Shown piece by piece: positions 54,900-64,000 of a stretch of DNA of 64,000 nt (position 1 is its first letter; the number at the start of each line of letters is the position of its first letter). Location of the stretch: IMG/VR virus record IMGVR_UViG_3300025122_000005, positions 32,001-96,000 of that record. One strand, written 5' to 3'. The DNA comes from a virus. The notes below the pieces were generated by a model. It worked only from the letters and a program-made list of their open reading frames with translations, had not been told where the DNA came from and ran no database searches. A program made the position numbers and the translations under genes.

Positions 54900-55514
54900 A
54901 TGATTCGTATTATAGGCAAAATACCTCCAAAAGTGACCGTTGCGTGTTCTGGAGGAGTCGACTCAATGTCGGTAGTGCGCTTTCTTTTGAATGGGAAAAG
55001 AAAGGTGCGGCTTGCTTATTTTAATCACGATACCTCCCACTCAAAAGAATCAGAACACTTTGTTAGAAGCTTTGCAGCAAAAAATAAACTAATATTAACA
55101 GTTGGGAGAGTTAAAGGAATAAAGGAAAGGTCTTCTTCTTTAGAAGAATTCTGGAGAAAAGAAAGATATAATTTTCTAGACTCATTGAATGAGAGGAATG
55201 TTATAACATGCCATCATTTAGATGATGTTGTTGAGACATGGTTGTTTAGTTCTTTTCACGGTAATCCAAAAATGATACCATACAAAAGAGGGGACAGGAT
55301 CTATAGACCATTCCTTATGACTGAAAAGAAGGAAATACTAAATTATGCGGAAAGACAAGATGTTGAGTGGATCGAAGACCCGTCGAATCGTATGACAAAA
55401 AATATAATGAGAAACCACATTAGGCATAATGTCATGCCGGAAGTGTTAAAAGTAAATCCTGGCATAAGAAAGACAATTCGTAAAAAATTAATTGAAATTT
55501 ATAAAGATTATTGA
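54900..55514 (+). CDS. tilS: tRNA(Ile)-lysidine synthase, catalytic domain only
   Basis: PP-loop ACSGGVDS, AYFNH, RKERY, TCHHLDDVVET, IYRPFL, WIEDPSN, RNHIR. Confidence 0.88.
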   Translation: MIRIIGKIPPKVTVACSGGVDSMSVVRFLLNGKRKVRLAYFNHDTSHSKESEHFVRSFAAKNKLILTVGRVKGIKERSSSLEEFWRKERYNFLDSLNERNVITCHHLDDVVETWLFSSFHGNPKMIPYKRGDRIYRPFLMTEKKEILNYAERQDVEWIEDPSNRMTKNIMRNHIRHNVMPEVLKVNPGIRKTIRKKLIEIYKDY

Positions 55515-55530
55515 GTATAATGATAAATAC

Positions 55531-55604
55531 GGGCCTCTAGCTCAATAGGTTAGAGCATCCGGCTCATAACCGGCAGGTTCTCGGTTCAAGTCCGAGGTGG
55601 CCCA
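55531..55604 (+). tRNA. tRNA-Ile2(CAU) (probable lysidine substrate)
   Basis: GGGCC acceptor, anticodon arm CCGG-CTCATAA-CCGG, T-arm CTCGG-TTCAAGT-CCGAG; adjacent to tilS. Confidence 0.88.
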
Positions 55605-55621
55605 CTAAAATAGGAGAAACG

Positions 55622-56251
55622 ATGAGAAGTTATCAATGGGGTCTAGAAGAAGAAAAGGGAGAAGTCATAAAGAAGGTTTCTTCGCCGAAGGAAAATAACG
55701 ACAGCGATGACTTTAATGTTGTCGAATATTCAGGAAATAATATTTTCTTTTATTCTTCTGTCAATCGTCCGAAGATATTAAAGTTAAATAAGGCGATAAC
55801 AAATTTGGGGAATAATTTAGCAACTCGTGCGTTTGTATATCAATCAGAAAAAGCAGATTCTATAAGGCTCCACATCAACAGTTATGGTGGTAGTGTTTTT
55901 GCTGGATTATCTGCCGTTGATTACATATTGACATCGAAAGTTCCTGTAGAAACGATCATTGAAGGGTGCGCAGCAAGTGCCGCAACTCTAATAAGTGTCG
56001 TGGGCAGTAAAAGATATATGCATCGTAACGCATGTATGCTAGTACATCAGTTGTCCGGACACTTATGGGGCAAGTTTCAGGATATGCAAGATGACATGCA
56101 GAATTCTGAAATGTTAATGAAAAAGATAAAAAATATTTATAGACAATACACTAAGATACCAGAAGAAAAGATGGATGAAATTTTAAAACATGATATATGG
56201 TGGGATTCAGAACAATGTTTAGAATACGGTCTTATAGACGAGATTATTTAG
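55622..56251 (+). CDS. clpP: ClpP-family protease subunit
   Basis: HINSYGGSV, AASAA (Ser), LVHQLS (His), HDIW. Confidence 0.85.
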   Translation: MRSYQWGLEEEKGEVIKKVSSPKENNDSDDFNVVEYSGNNIFFYSSVNRPKILKLNKAITNLGNNLATRAFVYQSEKADSIRLHINSYGGSVFAGLSAVDYILTSKVPVETIIEGCAASAATLISVVGSKRYMHRNACMLVHQLSGHLWGKFQDMQDDMQNSEMLMKKIKNIYRQYTKIPEEKMDEILKHDIWWDSEQCLEYGLIDEII

Positions 56252-56268
56252 AACGAGAAAAAGCATAA

Positions 56269-56457
56269 ATGCCTATTTATAGATATAAGTGTACGAATTG
56301 TGAACATGAATTTGAATCTTTGCAGACAATGAAGGAGGAGCCTTTAAGAAAGTGTATTAAGTGTTTACACGACGATACTCTGGAGAAATGCATAAGTATT
56401 ACAAGCTTTCGCTTGTTGGGAAAAGGATGGTTTAAAGATGACTACAATAAAAAATAG
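56269..56457 (+). CDS. FmdB-family zinc-ribbon protein
   Basis: MPIYRYKCTNCEHEFE...CIKC...FRLLGKGWFKDDY. Confidence 0.88.
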   Translation: MPIYRYKCTNCEHEFESLQTMKEEPLRKCIKCLHDDTLEKCISITSFRLLGKGWFKDDYNKK

Positions 56458-56749
56458 ATCGATAACTTCTAGCGAATCATTAAAATTCTTAAAAGAAAAG
56501 CTTAGTGATTTAAAATACCTAGGGGTTAAGTGGGACAATCACAAGAAGACTCCCAGAACGAGGGACACATATCAAGTAACTATAGACAAAATTTCTGACG
56601 CTGCCATCGGGCGTTTAATCGAAAGTGATCATATAAAAGACGTTTATTATAATCCATCTATGGCACCTCAAGGATCGGGATATGGAATAGATCTTAGATA
56701 TCGCCTGTATGTGTGTTACGAAAAGATTCCAATTAAAGGTATAAAATAA
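56438..56749 (+). CDS. Hypothetical protein
   Basis: Overlapping ORF. Confidence 0.65.
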   Translation: MTTIKNRSITSSESLKFLKEKLSDLKYLGVKWDNHKKTPRTRDTYQVTIDKISDAAIGRLIESDHIKDVYYNPSMAPQGSGYGIDLRYRLYVCYEKIPIKGIK

Positions 56750-56914
56750 TATGAAAGATAGAAGAAAAAGAATTGAGTTTCTTAAAATTGAAATAGAGAA
56801 ATTAGAATTAGAAATTACCAATGCAGAAAGTTTTGGTAAAATGCACTTTGCGTCTAGGTTGCGCCTCATTCAAGAAAGAAAAAATAACATTTTAAATTCT
56901 TGGATTTTAAATTC

Positions 56915-57712
56915 CTAAAGATCCATTTTTAAAAATTTTTTAAATCCTTTATTTATAAAGTCTGCCGTTGCTTTATAACTAGAAGATAGTGTAACAATGT
57001 TAAACCTTGGATGCGTTGCAAAAAGAATTCCAATCAATCTCATTTGGCTATTAAAAATACCACTTCCGGAGCTGCCGCCGACAGCTGGTAACGTGACCAT
57101 TGCATTATCTGATTCTGGTATTGGACCGCTATATCTTCCTTCAAATATGGGCATTGTTGGAGGATGAAAGATACCGGCCGGTGCCGAAAGGGCGAATACT
57201 TTATCTCCAACTTTTGGACCGGTTGTTGCAAGTAAGACACCTTTAGTATACAATCCTTTTGAGAACAGGAGACACAGATCTCTTTTATTCCCAACACCGT
57301 TAACTGAATATATAACTTTAGCACTTCTTAATTCATTATATATATTCCTAACGTGCATTGAGATTTGGTATTTTTTAATCTCTGCAGCTGCAGCGGCACT
57401 TAAAGAAGATTGGCAAACGTGCCCGGCAGTAAGCAGCAGGGATCCCTTTCTAGCTATCCCTATAGAAACGCCCGATCCAGCTGAGACAAAAGAGTCTCCT
57501 TTTTTGCATATAGTGTTGGTTTTTTTTCGACATTCTAAAACTTTTAGAGTTTTGTAAATTTTAACAAAAGCTTTTGTAGGAACAGCGACATGTCCAATTG
57601 TCTCTGTTTGAATTGTGGTTTCTTTATCTGTCGCATATCTCTCTATGAGGTCCTGTGATCCCCCACAAGATAAAAATAATATGGGGATCAACAACATCAG
57701 TCTATTTCGCAT
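56915..57712 (-). CDS. Trypsin-like serine protease, probable lipoprotein
   Basis: LTAGHVC (His), RDLCLL (Asp), GGSSGSG (Ser); lipobox FLS-C; AGGAG SD on the minus strand. Confidence 0.88.
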   Translation of the reverse strand: MRNRLMLLIPILFLSCGGSQDLIERYATDKETTIQTETIGHVAVPTKAFVKIYKTLKVLECRKKTNTICKKGDSFVSAGSGVSIGIARKGSLLLTAGHVCQSSLSAAAAAEIKKYQISMHVRNIYNELRSAKVIYSVNGVGNKRDLCLLFSKGLYTKGVLLATTGPKVGDKVFALSAPAGIFHPPTMPIFEGRYSGPIPESDNAMVTLPAVGGSSGSGIFNSQMRLIGILFATHPRFNIVTLSSSYKATADFINKGFKKFLKMDL

Positions 57713-57776
57713 ATTGTCTCCTATATATTAAGTATAAATAAAAGAATATTTTTTTTTAATTAAAAAGGAAAACACA

Positions 57777-58007
57777 ATGAAAGAGTACGCTATAGCTGTT
57801 ATTTTAATGTCATCGCCCCCGGTGGTGAGCAATACGAACGAACAACTCGTCTTAGACGGCAAGAATCAAGAGTCAGTTGTTTCAAAATATATGAAGCCAA
57901 TATCTTCGTATCAAAAAATCAACCCAGGAAAAAGAAGTCAAAGTGCCGCGTTTTCTAACTTTACTTACACTACTCTCCCTACTAGTTGGGTAAAAGTTAA
58001 GAGATAG
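57777..58007 (+). CDS. Hypothetical protein
   Basis: AAGGA SD. Confidence 0.55.
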   Translation: MKEYAIAVILMSSPPVVSNTNEQLVLDGKNQESVVSKYMKPISSYQKINPGKRSQSAAFSNFTYTTLPTSWVKVKR

Positions 58008-58021
58008 CATATTTATTATAG

Positions 58022-59365
58022 GTGGAAGTGAGCAAAGATAAATTGTCAAAAACATACGTCCTCGATACTAATGTATACCTAACAGATTCTAAATCTCTAG
58101 AATCATTTGGAGAAGATAACATCATTATCCCGCTCAAGGTGCTGGACGAAGTGGATAAGCATAAAAAACGTCAAGACCCCGTCGGCGTCCATGCTAGAAA
58201 TATAATAAGAAAATTAGACAAACTTAGGGAACACGGCAATCTCCACCAGGGTGTAAAAATAGGAGATGGAAAGGGAATAGTGTTTGCAAAAAGTTATGAT
58301 CCATTCGCTCTTCCTGATGACCTAGATTTAGAAAATGCAGATAATCAAATAATTGCAACAGCACTTTCGGAAAAAAACAATAATCCCGACAGAGATATAA
58401 TTGTAGTTTCCCGCGATATTAATATGAGAGTTAAGTGTGACTCTTTGGGGCTGGAGTGCGAAGATTATAATATAGAACAGGTAGTGGAGGATATAAGTGG
58501 GTTATATACAGGGTTTAAAACGCACCTAGTGGATGACCAAATAATAGACAATGTTTATAATGACAACCCAGTATATCTTGACGAAGATGAAATAAAGGTT
58601 AACCCTAATCAGTTTGTGATGTTGGTGTCTAGTTCTAACGAGAAAAAAACTGCTCTGGTAAGATTTCTATCTTATGAACAGCCACTTAAGAAAGTTAGAA
58701 CATTTACAAAAGGAAAAGTATGGGGACTTAAGCCCAGAAATAAGGAGCAATCTTTTGCTCTAGATTTATTGATGGACCCGCAAGTTCCAGTGGTATCTTT
58801 AATAGGCAAAGCGGGGTCAGGCAAAACTTTGTTGGCACTAGCATCTGCCTTGCACCAAACGTTCGGGGAGGTGGCTAACGACCGCATGTATAATAGAATT
58901 GTTGTTACTAAGCCCGTCGAGCCAGTAGGCAAGGATATCGGATTTTTGCCTGGCACAATGGAGGAGAAAATGATGCCATGGCTGGCTCCAATACAAGATA
59001 ATTTACAATTTCTTTTCGGAAATGATAAAATGACTCTAGAGATGCACATGGAAGAGGGTCGCATCGAGGTTGAAGCCATGACTTATATAAGGGGCAGGTC
59101 GATTTCAAATGCTTTCATCATAATAGACGAAGCTCAGAATATGAATCGTCATGAAATCAAGACTGTTTTGACAAGAGTGGGAGAGGGAACAAAAATAATT
59201 TTAACAGGAGATATAGAACAGATCGATAATGTCTATATTGACGGAACAAACAATGGACTCTCGTACATCGTGGAAAAATTTAAAGATCAAGATATTGCTG
59301 GACACATAACCCTGTTTAAGGGAGAAAGGTCCAAAGTTGCAACTGTAGCAGCTAAACTATTATAA
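58022..59365 (+). CDS. phoH: PIN-PhoH (PhoH2-type) protein
   Basis: YVLDTNV PIN motif; GKAGSGKT, GFLPG, YIRGRS, IIDEAQN, LTGDIEQID. Confidence 0.92.
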   Translation: MEVSKDKLSKTYVLDTNVYLTDSKSLESFGEDNIIIPLKVLDEVDKHKKRQDPVGVHARNIIRKLDKLREHGNLHQGVKIGDGKGIVFAKSYDPFALPDDLDLENADNQIIATALSEKNNNPDRDIIVVSRDINMRVKCDSLGLECEDYNIEQVVEDISGLYTGFKTHLVDDQIIDNVYNDNPVYLDEDEIKVNPNQFVMLVSSSNEKKTALVRFLSYEQPLKKVRTFTKGKVWGLKPRNKEQSFALDLLMDPQVPVVSLIGKAGSGKTLLALASALHQTFGEVANDRMYNRIVVTKPVEPVGKDIGFLPGTMEEKMMPWLAPIQDNLQFLFGNDKMTLEMHMEEGRIEVEAMTYIRGRSISNAFIIIDEAQNMNRHEIKTVLTRVGEGTKIILTGDIEQIDNVYIDGTNNGLSYIVEKFKDQDIAGHITLFKGERSKVATVAAKLL

Positions 59366-59378
59366 CAAAGGAGTTAAA

Positions 59379-59693
59379 ATGAAAGTTGAGTTTACAGATA
59401 ACAGTGAGTTAGAAGAAGGTGGAACCATCAAGGAAAATGTAGAACCGACCACCGAAATGAAAAGTTGGATGGTCAACTATGTTGGAGAAAAGACCAATCC
59501 GGAAGATGATCAAGTAACGGTTGAAATGATCGTAGAAACCATGGCAAAAGAATTTCCAGAATTTCTTATGGCCATCGCAGAAGAAAATTGGATAAGAGGA
59601 TATCATCAGGCACTTGAAGATGTCACGGAAGGAGAGAGATTGCAGAGAGAGTCATCTTTGGTCTCCTCCGACAAAGAGGAAGAAGTTGATTGA
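59379..59693 (+). CDS. Hypothetical protein
   Basis: AAGGAG SD. Confidence 0.75.
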   Translation: MKVEFTDNSELEEGGTIKENVEPTTEMKSWMVNYVGEKTNPEDDQVTVEMIVETMAKEFPEFLMAIAEENWIRGYHQALEDVTEGERLQRESSLVSSDKEEEVD

Positions 59694-60387
59694 AAACTAC
59701 ATAAAGGAAACTAATAAAAAATCCAGACAAGCATCGGGAGAAGATCAGTTTGGGTCTATTCAAGTAATAATGAAAGATCATTTTAGTACAAGAAATATTG
59801 ATCTAGATGTTGTTCTTGGTGAAGTATCTAGCAAGGTCCCTCCTGCGTATCTGGAGTATATTGATTATATTATGATTGGACACTTTGAAGAGTTAACTAA
59901 AAAAAGTGTCAATGCGGCTTATATGGACGGAGCGATATATGTCACCAATGAACAAGATGATGAGAGCGACATGATAGATGACCTTGTTCATGAAATCGCC
60001 CACGCCGTCGAGGAAAACAACTTTATAGAGATATATTCTGATGGTAACTTGGAATCGGAGTTTTTGTCCAAGAGGGAGAGATTATATCACTTGTTAGAAT
60101 CGGAAAAGGACTTAGATATAGAATATCAAGATTTTAAAAATCCCGAATATTCTAAAGAATTTGATGAGGTGCTGTTTTATCAAATTGGATACCCACTTCT
60201 AGCCGCGATAAGTGTTAATCTTTTTTATTCTCCATATGCGGCAACTTCCCTGAGAGAATACTTCGCCAGTGGGTTCGAGACTTTTTACAACAAAAAAGAT
60301 TTTAATAGATTAGCATCTATTAGTCCGATTTTGTTTGACAAACTAGAAAAATTAAACTATAATAAGGAGAAAGAATATGGAATTTAA
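59614..60387 (+). CDS. Zincin-like (HExxH) hypothetical protein (start uncertain)
   Basis: LVHEIAH...LREYFA. Confidence 0.65.
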   Translation: MKMSRKERDCRESHLWSPPTKRKKLIENYIKETNKKSRQASGEDQFGSIQVIMKDHFSTRNIDLDVVLGEVSSKVPPAYLEYIDYIMIGHFEELTKKSVNAAYMDGAIYVTNEQDDESDMIDDLVHEIAHAVEENNFIEIYSDGNLESEFLSKRERLYHLLESEKDLDIEYQDFKNPEYSKEFDEVLFYQIGYPLLAAISVNLFYSPYAATSLREYFASGFETFYNKKDFNRLASISPILFDKLEKLNYNKEKEYGI

Positions 60388-60736
60388 GATAATTGAAAAT
60401 ACTTTGAATAGAGTAAAAGTATCGGTTAAAATAATAAAGAGATCGTTAGCTGTAGATCCAAACACACACGTCGATACACAAGACGTTGCAGACTTCCTCA
60501 AGAGGGAGGGTGTAGACTTTGCCAATTGCATTGGGGAAACGGTGTTGGATAATTATAGTGACAATCCAAAGTTGGAAGGTGAGTGGGTTTTCAACAAGAA
60601 TGTGCAAGTCCCCACTCAAAAGAAAAGGAAGACAAATGTCCCAGTTGCAACAGGCACAACAAAGAGAAGAAGAAAGCCTAAAACAAAGACCGAACCTCAA
60701 AAAAATCAGCTTCTCAGAACTGAAAATATGGAATGA
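60377..60736 (+). CDS. Hypothetical protein
   Basis: AAGGAG SD. Confidence 0.65.
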   Translation: MEFKIIENTLNRVKVSVKIIKRSLAVDPNTHVDTQDVADFLKREGVDFANCIGETVLDNYSDNPKLEGEWVFNKNVQVPTQKKRKTNVPVATGTTKRRRKPKTKTEPQKNQLLRTENME

Positions 60737-61460
60737 GTGTCCATTCAAACATAAGTTAATTTATCTAGATGGGATAAAGAAGTTTAAGGGCAATGAATAC
60801 ACTGCATTTGGCACCGCCATTCATCACGTTTGCGAATTAAAAGTACAAGATTCCACTATCAACGGTGAAGACTCTTTTAAGAAAAAATTCGTAGAAGAAA
60901 TTAAAAATCTAGAATTAGAAGAAATTAATAAAAAATTAGTTGTAGAAATGGTAGAACAAGGAAAGAACTTAGTAAAATATATTCTTCCCGAGCTAGAGAG
61001 AACCTTCGAAAAATACGAAGTGGTCTCGGTGGAGGAGCAAATTTTTGAAGGGATTACCGAGTTTGAAACAGATTTTAATTTTAAAGGATTCATTGATCTG
61101 GTAATTAAGACACCAGACGACAGATATCATGTAATAGATTGGAAAACGTGCTCTTGGGGTTGGGACGCGCAAAGGAAATCGGAAAAGATGACAGTATATC
61201 AATTGAGCTTTTACAAGAATTATTTTTGTAAAAAACACAATATCGATCCGGATAATGTAGATACCTATTTTGCCCTTTTGAAGAGGACAGCTAAAAAAAA
61301 CAACGCTGAAATATTCAAGGTCACGAATGGCAAAAAGAGGGTAGCAAACGCCGTAGACTTATTATATCGAGCATTAACACATATTAATAGTAAAAATTAC
61401 ATTAAAAATAAGCTATCATGTAAAAGATGTGAATTCTATAAATCTTCTCACTGCCCATAA
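60636..61460 (+). CDS. PD-(D/E)XK Cas4/RecB-like exonuclease
   Basis: ECP, FGTAIH, GFIDLV, IDWKT, YQL, CKRCEF...CP. Confidence 0.88.
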   Translation: MSQLQQAQQREEESLKQRPNLKKISFSELKIWNECPFKHKLIYLDGIKKFKGNEYTAFGTAIHHVCELKVQDSTINGEDSFKKKFVEEIKNLELEEINKKLVVEMVEQGKNLVKYILPELERTFEKYEVVSVEEQIFEGITEFETDFNFKGFIDLVIKTPDDRYHVIDWKTCSWGWDAQRKSEKMTVYQLSFYKNYFCKKHNIDPDNVDTYFALLKRTAKKNNAEIFKVTNGKKRVANAVDLLYRALTHINSKNYIKNKLSCKRCEFYKSSHCP

Positions 61461-61471
61461 AGGAAACAACT

Positions 61472-62737
61472 ATGAAAAAAATTAAAGTCTTTATTATTTC
61501 AGACAGTCCACTTGCCCCTTCCGGGGTAGCTGGACAAACAAGATATATGATCGAGGGTTTGTTGCAAACTGGTAGGTTTAAATTTGTTTGTTTCGGCGGT
61601 GCAATAAAGCATGCTGATTACAAACCAATTACAACGGAAGAATATGGCGATGACTGGGTGATACACCCTATTGACGGATACGGCAATCAAGAGTCAGTTA
61701 GAACGCTATTGCAACAAGAAAAGCCAGATATAATGTGGATTATGACGGACCCGCGCTTTTGGCCATGGCTGTGGGAGATTGAGAACGAAGTAAGATCTGT
61801 CGTCCCGCTTGTATATTATCACGTATGGGATAACTTTCCTGCTCCAAAATTTAACAGAGACTTTTACATGTCTAATGATTTAATAGCTACGATAAGTAAG
61901 CTAACAGACGAGATCGTTGCCGAAGTAGCACCAGAGGTGCAAAGACTTAGGATTCCTCACACAACCAACGTACATGTATTCAAGAGATTACCCGATGAAG
62001 AAATAAAAGATTTTAGAAGAAAAAACAAATTAGCATATAAGAAAAACGGAGATCCAAAGACACTCTTCTTTTGGAACAATAGAAATGCCAGAAGAAAGCA
62101 GTCCGGCACTGTTCTTTGGTGGTTCTCTGAATTCCTAGAAAAGGTTGGAAAAGATAATGCCGCTATCATTATGCATACAGAACCAAAAGATCCAAATGGT
62201 CAAGATTTGGAGGCGATCATTGCGGAGACAAATATGGTTGACGGTCAGGCATTATTATCTGTTAACAAGCTCACCTTGAGTGATCTTGCAATGCTCTACA
62301 ACGTTTGTGATTGCACAATTAATATTTCAGATGCTGAAGGCTTTGGGCTGGCAACGCTGGAGTCTTTATCCTGTGAAACTCCGATAATTGTTAACATGAC
62401 AGGAGGTCTCCAGGAGCAAGTCACAGACGGTGAAAATTGGTTTGGAATAGGGCTCGAACCAAAATCTAAATCAATTATAGGGTCTCAGCAAGTGCCCTAT
62501 ATTTACGAGGATAGAATTTCTAAAGAAGATTTTATAAATGCTTTAGAAAAAATCTACAACATGACAGAGGAAGACAGAAGAGCATTGGGCGCAGCTGGCC
62601 GTCAACATGTGTTAAATAATTATGGATTTGACAGCTATATTGATACTTGGGACGAAACTTTAACAAGAATCCATGAAGAGGGCGGCTCGTGGGAAACTAG
62701 GAAACATAAAGCTTGGGATATGGTGGAAATAAAATGA
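61472..62737 (+). CDS. GT-B (GT4-like) glycosyltransferase
   Basis: SGVAGQTR, EKPD, RNARRK, AEGFGLATLES, TGGLQEQV. Confidence 0.9.
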   Translation: MKKIKVFIISDSPLAPSGVAGQTRYMIEGLLQTGRFKFVCFGGAIKHADYKPITTEEYGDDWVIHPIDGYGNQESVRTLLQQEKPDIMWIMTDPRFWPWLWEIENEVRSVVPLVYYHVWDNFPAPKFNRDFYMSNDLIATISKLTDEIVAEVAPEVQRLRIPHTTNVHVFKRLPDEEIKDFRRKNKLAYKKNGDPKTLFFWNNRNARRKQSGTVLWWFSEFLEKVGKDNAAIIMHTEPKDPNGQDLEAIIAETNMVDGQALLSVNKLTLSDLAMLYNVCDCTINISDAEGFGLATLESLSCETPIIVNMTGGLQEQVTDGENWFGIGLEPKSKSIIGSQQVPYIYEDRISKEDFINALEKIYNMTEEDRRALGAAGRQHVLNNYGFDSYIDTWDETLTRIHEEGGSWETRKHKAWDMVEIK

Positions 62738-64000
62738 AGTATAAAGTTATTGTAGAAGGACCGGCACTAACACAATCCGGATATGGGGAACATACGAGGT
62801 TAGTATTGAGATCATTGCGTGCGAGAGAAGATCTTTTAGATGTCTACCTGTCTCCCTTAAATTGGGGAACCACTTCGTGGATTCTAGGAAATTCAGAAGA
62901 GAGGGAGTGGATGTCCACTTTACAACAAAAGCTGGAAGCCCTTCCAGAAAATGAAAGAAAATTTGATTTTCACATAAGGGTTGGGATTCCAAACGAGTTT
63001 AATAGACTGGCACCGTATGCTGTTACGGTCACTGCTGGTATCGAAACAACAAAGGTTGCTCCCAAGTGGATTGAAAAAAGTCATGAAATGGACAGGCTAG
63101 TTGTTCCTTCCGAATTTGCTAAGTGGGTTTTTGAAAATACAAAGTACGAAGTCCAAGATGAGAATGGAACAAAGACTCTTTTAGGGTGTGGGTCTCCTGT
63201 GGATGTTGTGCCTTATCCAGTAGGGAGTCTGGAAAAAGATGAGAATTTTAAGTTAGACCTAGAAACAGACTTTAACTATCTTATGGTGGCACAGTGGTCA
63301 ATTAGGAAAAATCTTGAGAACACTTTAAGATGGTTTATCGAAGAATTCAAGAATGAAGACGTTGGATTGGTTATAAAAACAAACACTGCTAAGAATAGTT
63401 ATATGGACAAGTCCTTTACTAAGAAAAAGTTAGAAATGTTTTTGGGCCAAAAGGAATTTCGAGATCGAAAATGCAGAATATATTTTTTGCACGGAGATAT
63501 GACCCGCGAAGAACTCAATTCCTTGTACACCCATCCAAAGATCAAGGCAATAATCAGTGCAACTCACGGCGAAGGTTTTGGGCTACCCTTATTCGAAGCG
63601 GCTTGTAACGGACTTCCTGTCCTTGCTACTGGATGGAGCGGTCATTTAGATTTTCTTTATGCTCCTGTAAAAACAAAGGGGAAGGGCGGCAAGCCGAAGA
63701 AAAAAGCCCTTTTCGCGAGAGTTGATTATGTTTTAGCACCTGTGCAAAAAGAAGCCATCTGGAAGGACATACTTCCCGAAGGATCTATGTGGTCTTACCC
63801 CAATAAAGTTGATTTTAAGAAAAAACTCCGAGCACTTCACACCAACAATGGGGTATATGTGTCCTGGGCTAAAAAACTTAAAACACATATACTTAAGAAT
63901 TATTCGGAAGAAGAGGTGCTGAAAAATATGTTGGCGGCTGTAATCCCCCAAACCATATTAAACCCACCAGAATATGTTTATGTTAGTGACGCCTTCGCAG
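62734..64000 (+). CDS. Second GT-B glycosyltransferase (runs off the window; missed by the track because no stop)
   Basis: QSGYGEHTR, RKNLE, HGEGFGLPLFEA, TGWSGHLDF. Confidence 0.88.
   Translation, partial: MKYKVIVEGPALTQSGYGEHTRLVLRSLRAREDLLDVYLSPLNWGTTSWILGNSEEREWMSTLQQKLEALPENERKFDFHIRVGIPNEFNRLAPYAVTVTAGIETTKVAPKWIEKSHEMDRLVVPSEFAKWVFENTKYEVQDENGTKTLLGCGSPVDVVPYPVGSLEKDENFKLDLETDFNYLMVAQWSIRKNLENTLRWFIEEFKNEDVGLVIKTNTAKNSYMDKSFTKKKLEMFLGQKEFRDRKCRIYFLHGDMTREELNSLYTHPKIKAIISATHGEGFGLPLFEAACNGLPVLATGWSGHLDFLYAPVKTKGKGGKPKKKALFARVDYVLAPVQKEAIWKDILPEGSMWSYPNKVDFKKKLRALHTNNGVYVSWAKKLKTHILKNYSEEEVLKNMLAAVIPQTILNPPEYVYVSDAFA

Noticed and set aside
55531-55604. Initiator tRNA-fMet
   Set aside because: It lacks the C1:A72 mismatch and the three consecutive G-C pairs adjacent to the anticodon loop; adjacency to tilS favours Ile2. 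Elongator Met is not fully excluded.
516-63951. Most minus-strand ORFs in the track
   Set aside because: They are antisense shadows of well-supported + strand genes, with no SD or motifs. Only 56915-57712 is supported.
1-64000. Stop-codon reassignment
   Set aside because: TAG, TGA and TAA all end recognisable genes (e.g. TAG for groEL), coding density is high in the standard code, and there is no suppressor tRNA.

Overview
64 kb slice of a large, AT-rich tailed dsDNA phage genome; almost all genes are on the + strand. There are three zones. (1) 1-12 kb is mixed: groEL 3' part, glutaredoxin, a large virion-type protein, FkbM methyltransferase, Smr-like, DUF2061 and MazG-like genes. (2) About 8.5-29.9 kb is an early/accessory region of about 60 small genes behind about 19 sigma70-type promoters. 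It holds two arrays of SH3-like 'MKVGDLV...LEVISESR' gene cassettes joined by a 33-bp junction repeat, a MoxR AAA/vWA pair, tRNA-Arg(UCU) and two candidate structured RNAs, and it ends at a G7-T-C9 tract (29923-29939). (3) 30-64 kb is a late/virion and metabolic region marked by a -10-only motif (A/C)CTANTTA. It contains many proteins with shared N-terminal leaders (MKLIMENW..., ...IIKEE, ...RIDPRYFLEE) fused to diverse enzyme-like domains, purA, a tmRNA with an embedded gene and duplicated ends, tail-fibre-like genes, a GH25 endolysin, tilS next to tRNA-Ile2(CAU), ClpP, a trypsin-like protease, PIN-PhoH, a Cas4-like nuclease and two glycosyltransferases. A CglF-like protein hints at a Myxococcota/Bdellovibrionota-type host (inference). 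Several sharp junctions (a 346-bp perfect duplication, an in-frame primase Zn-finger insert, truncated genes) may be real recombination or assembly/amplification chimeras. All family assignments come from motif recognition by eye; no database searches were run.
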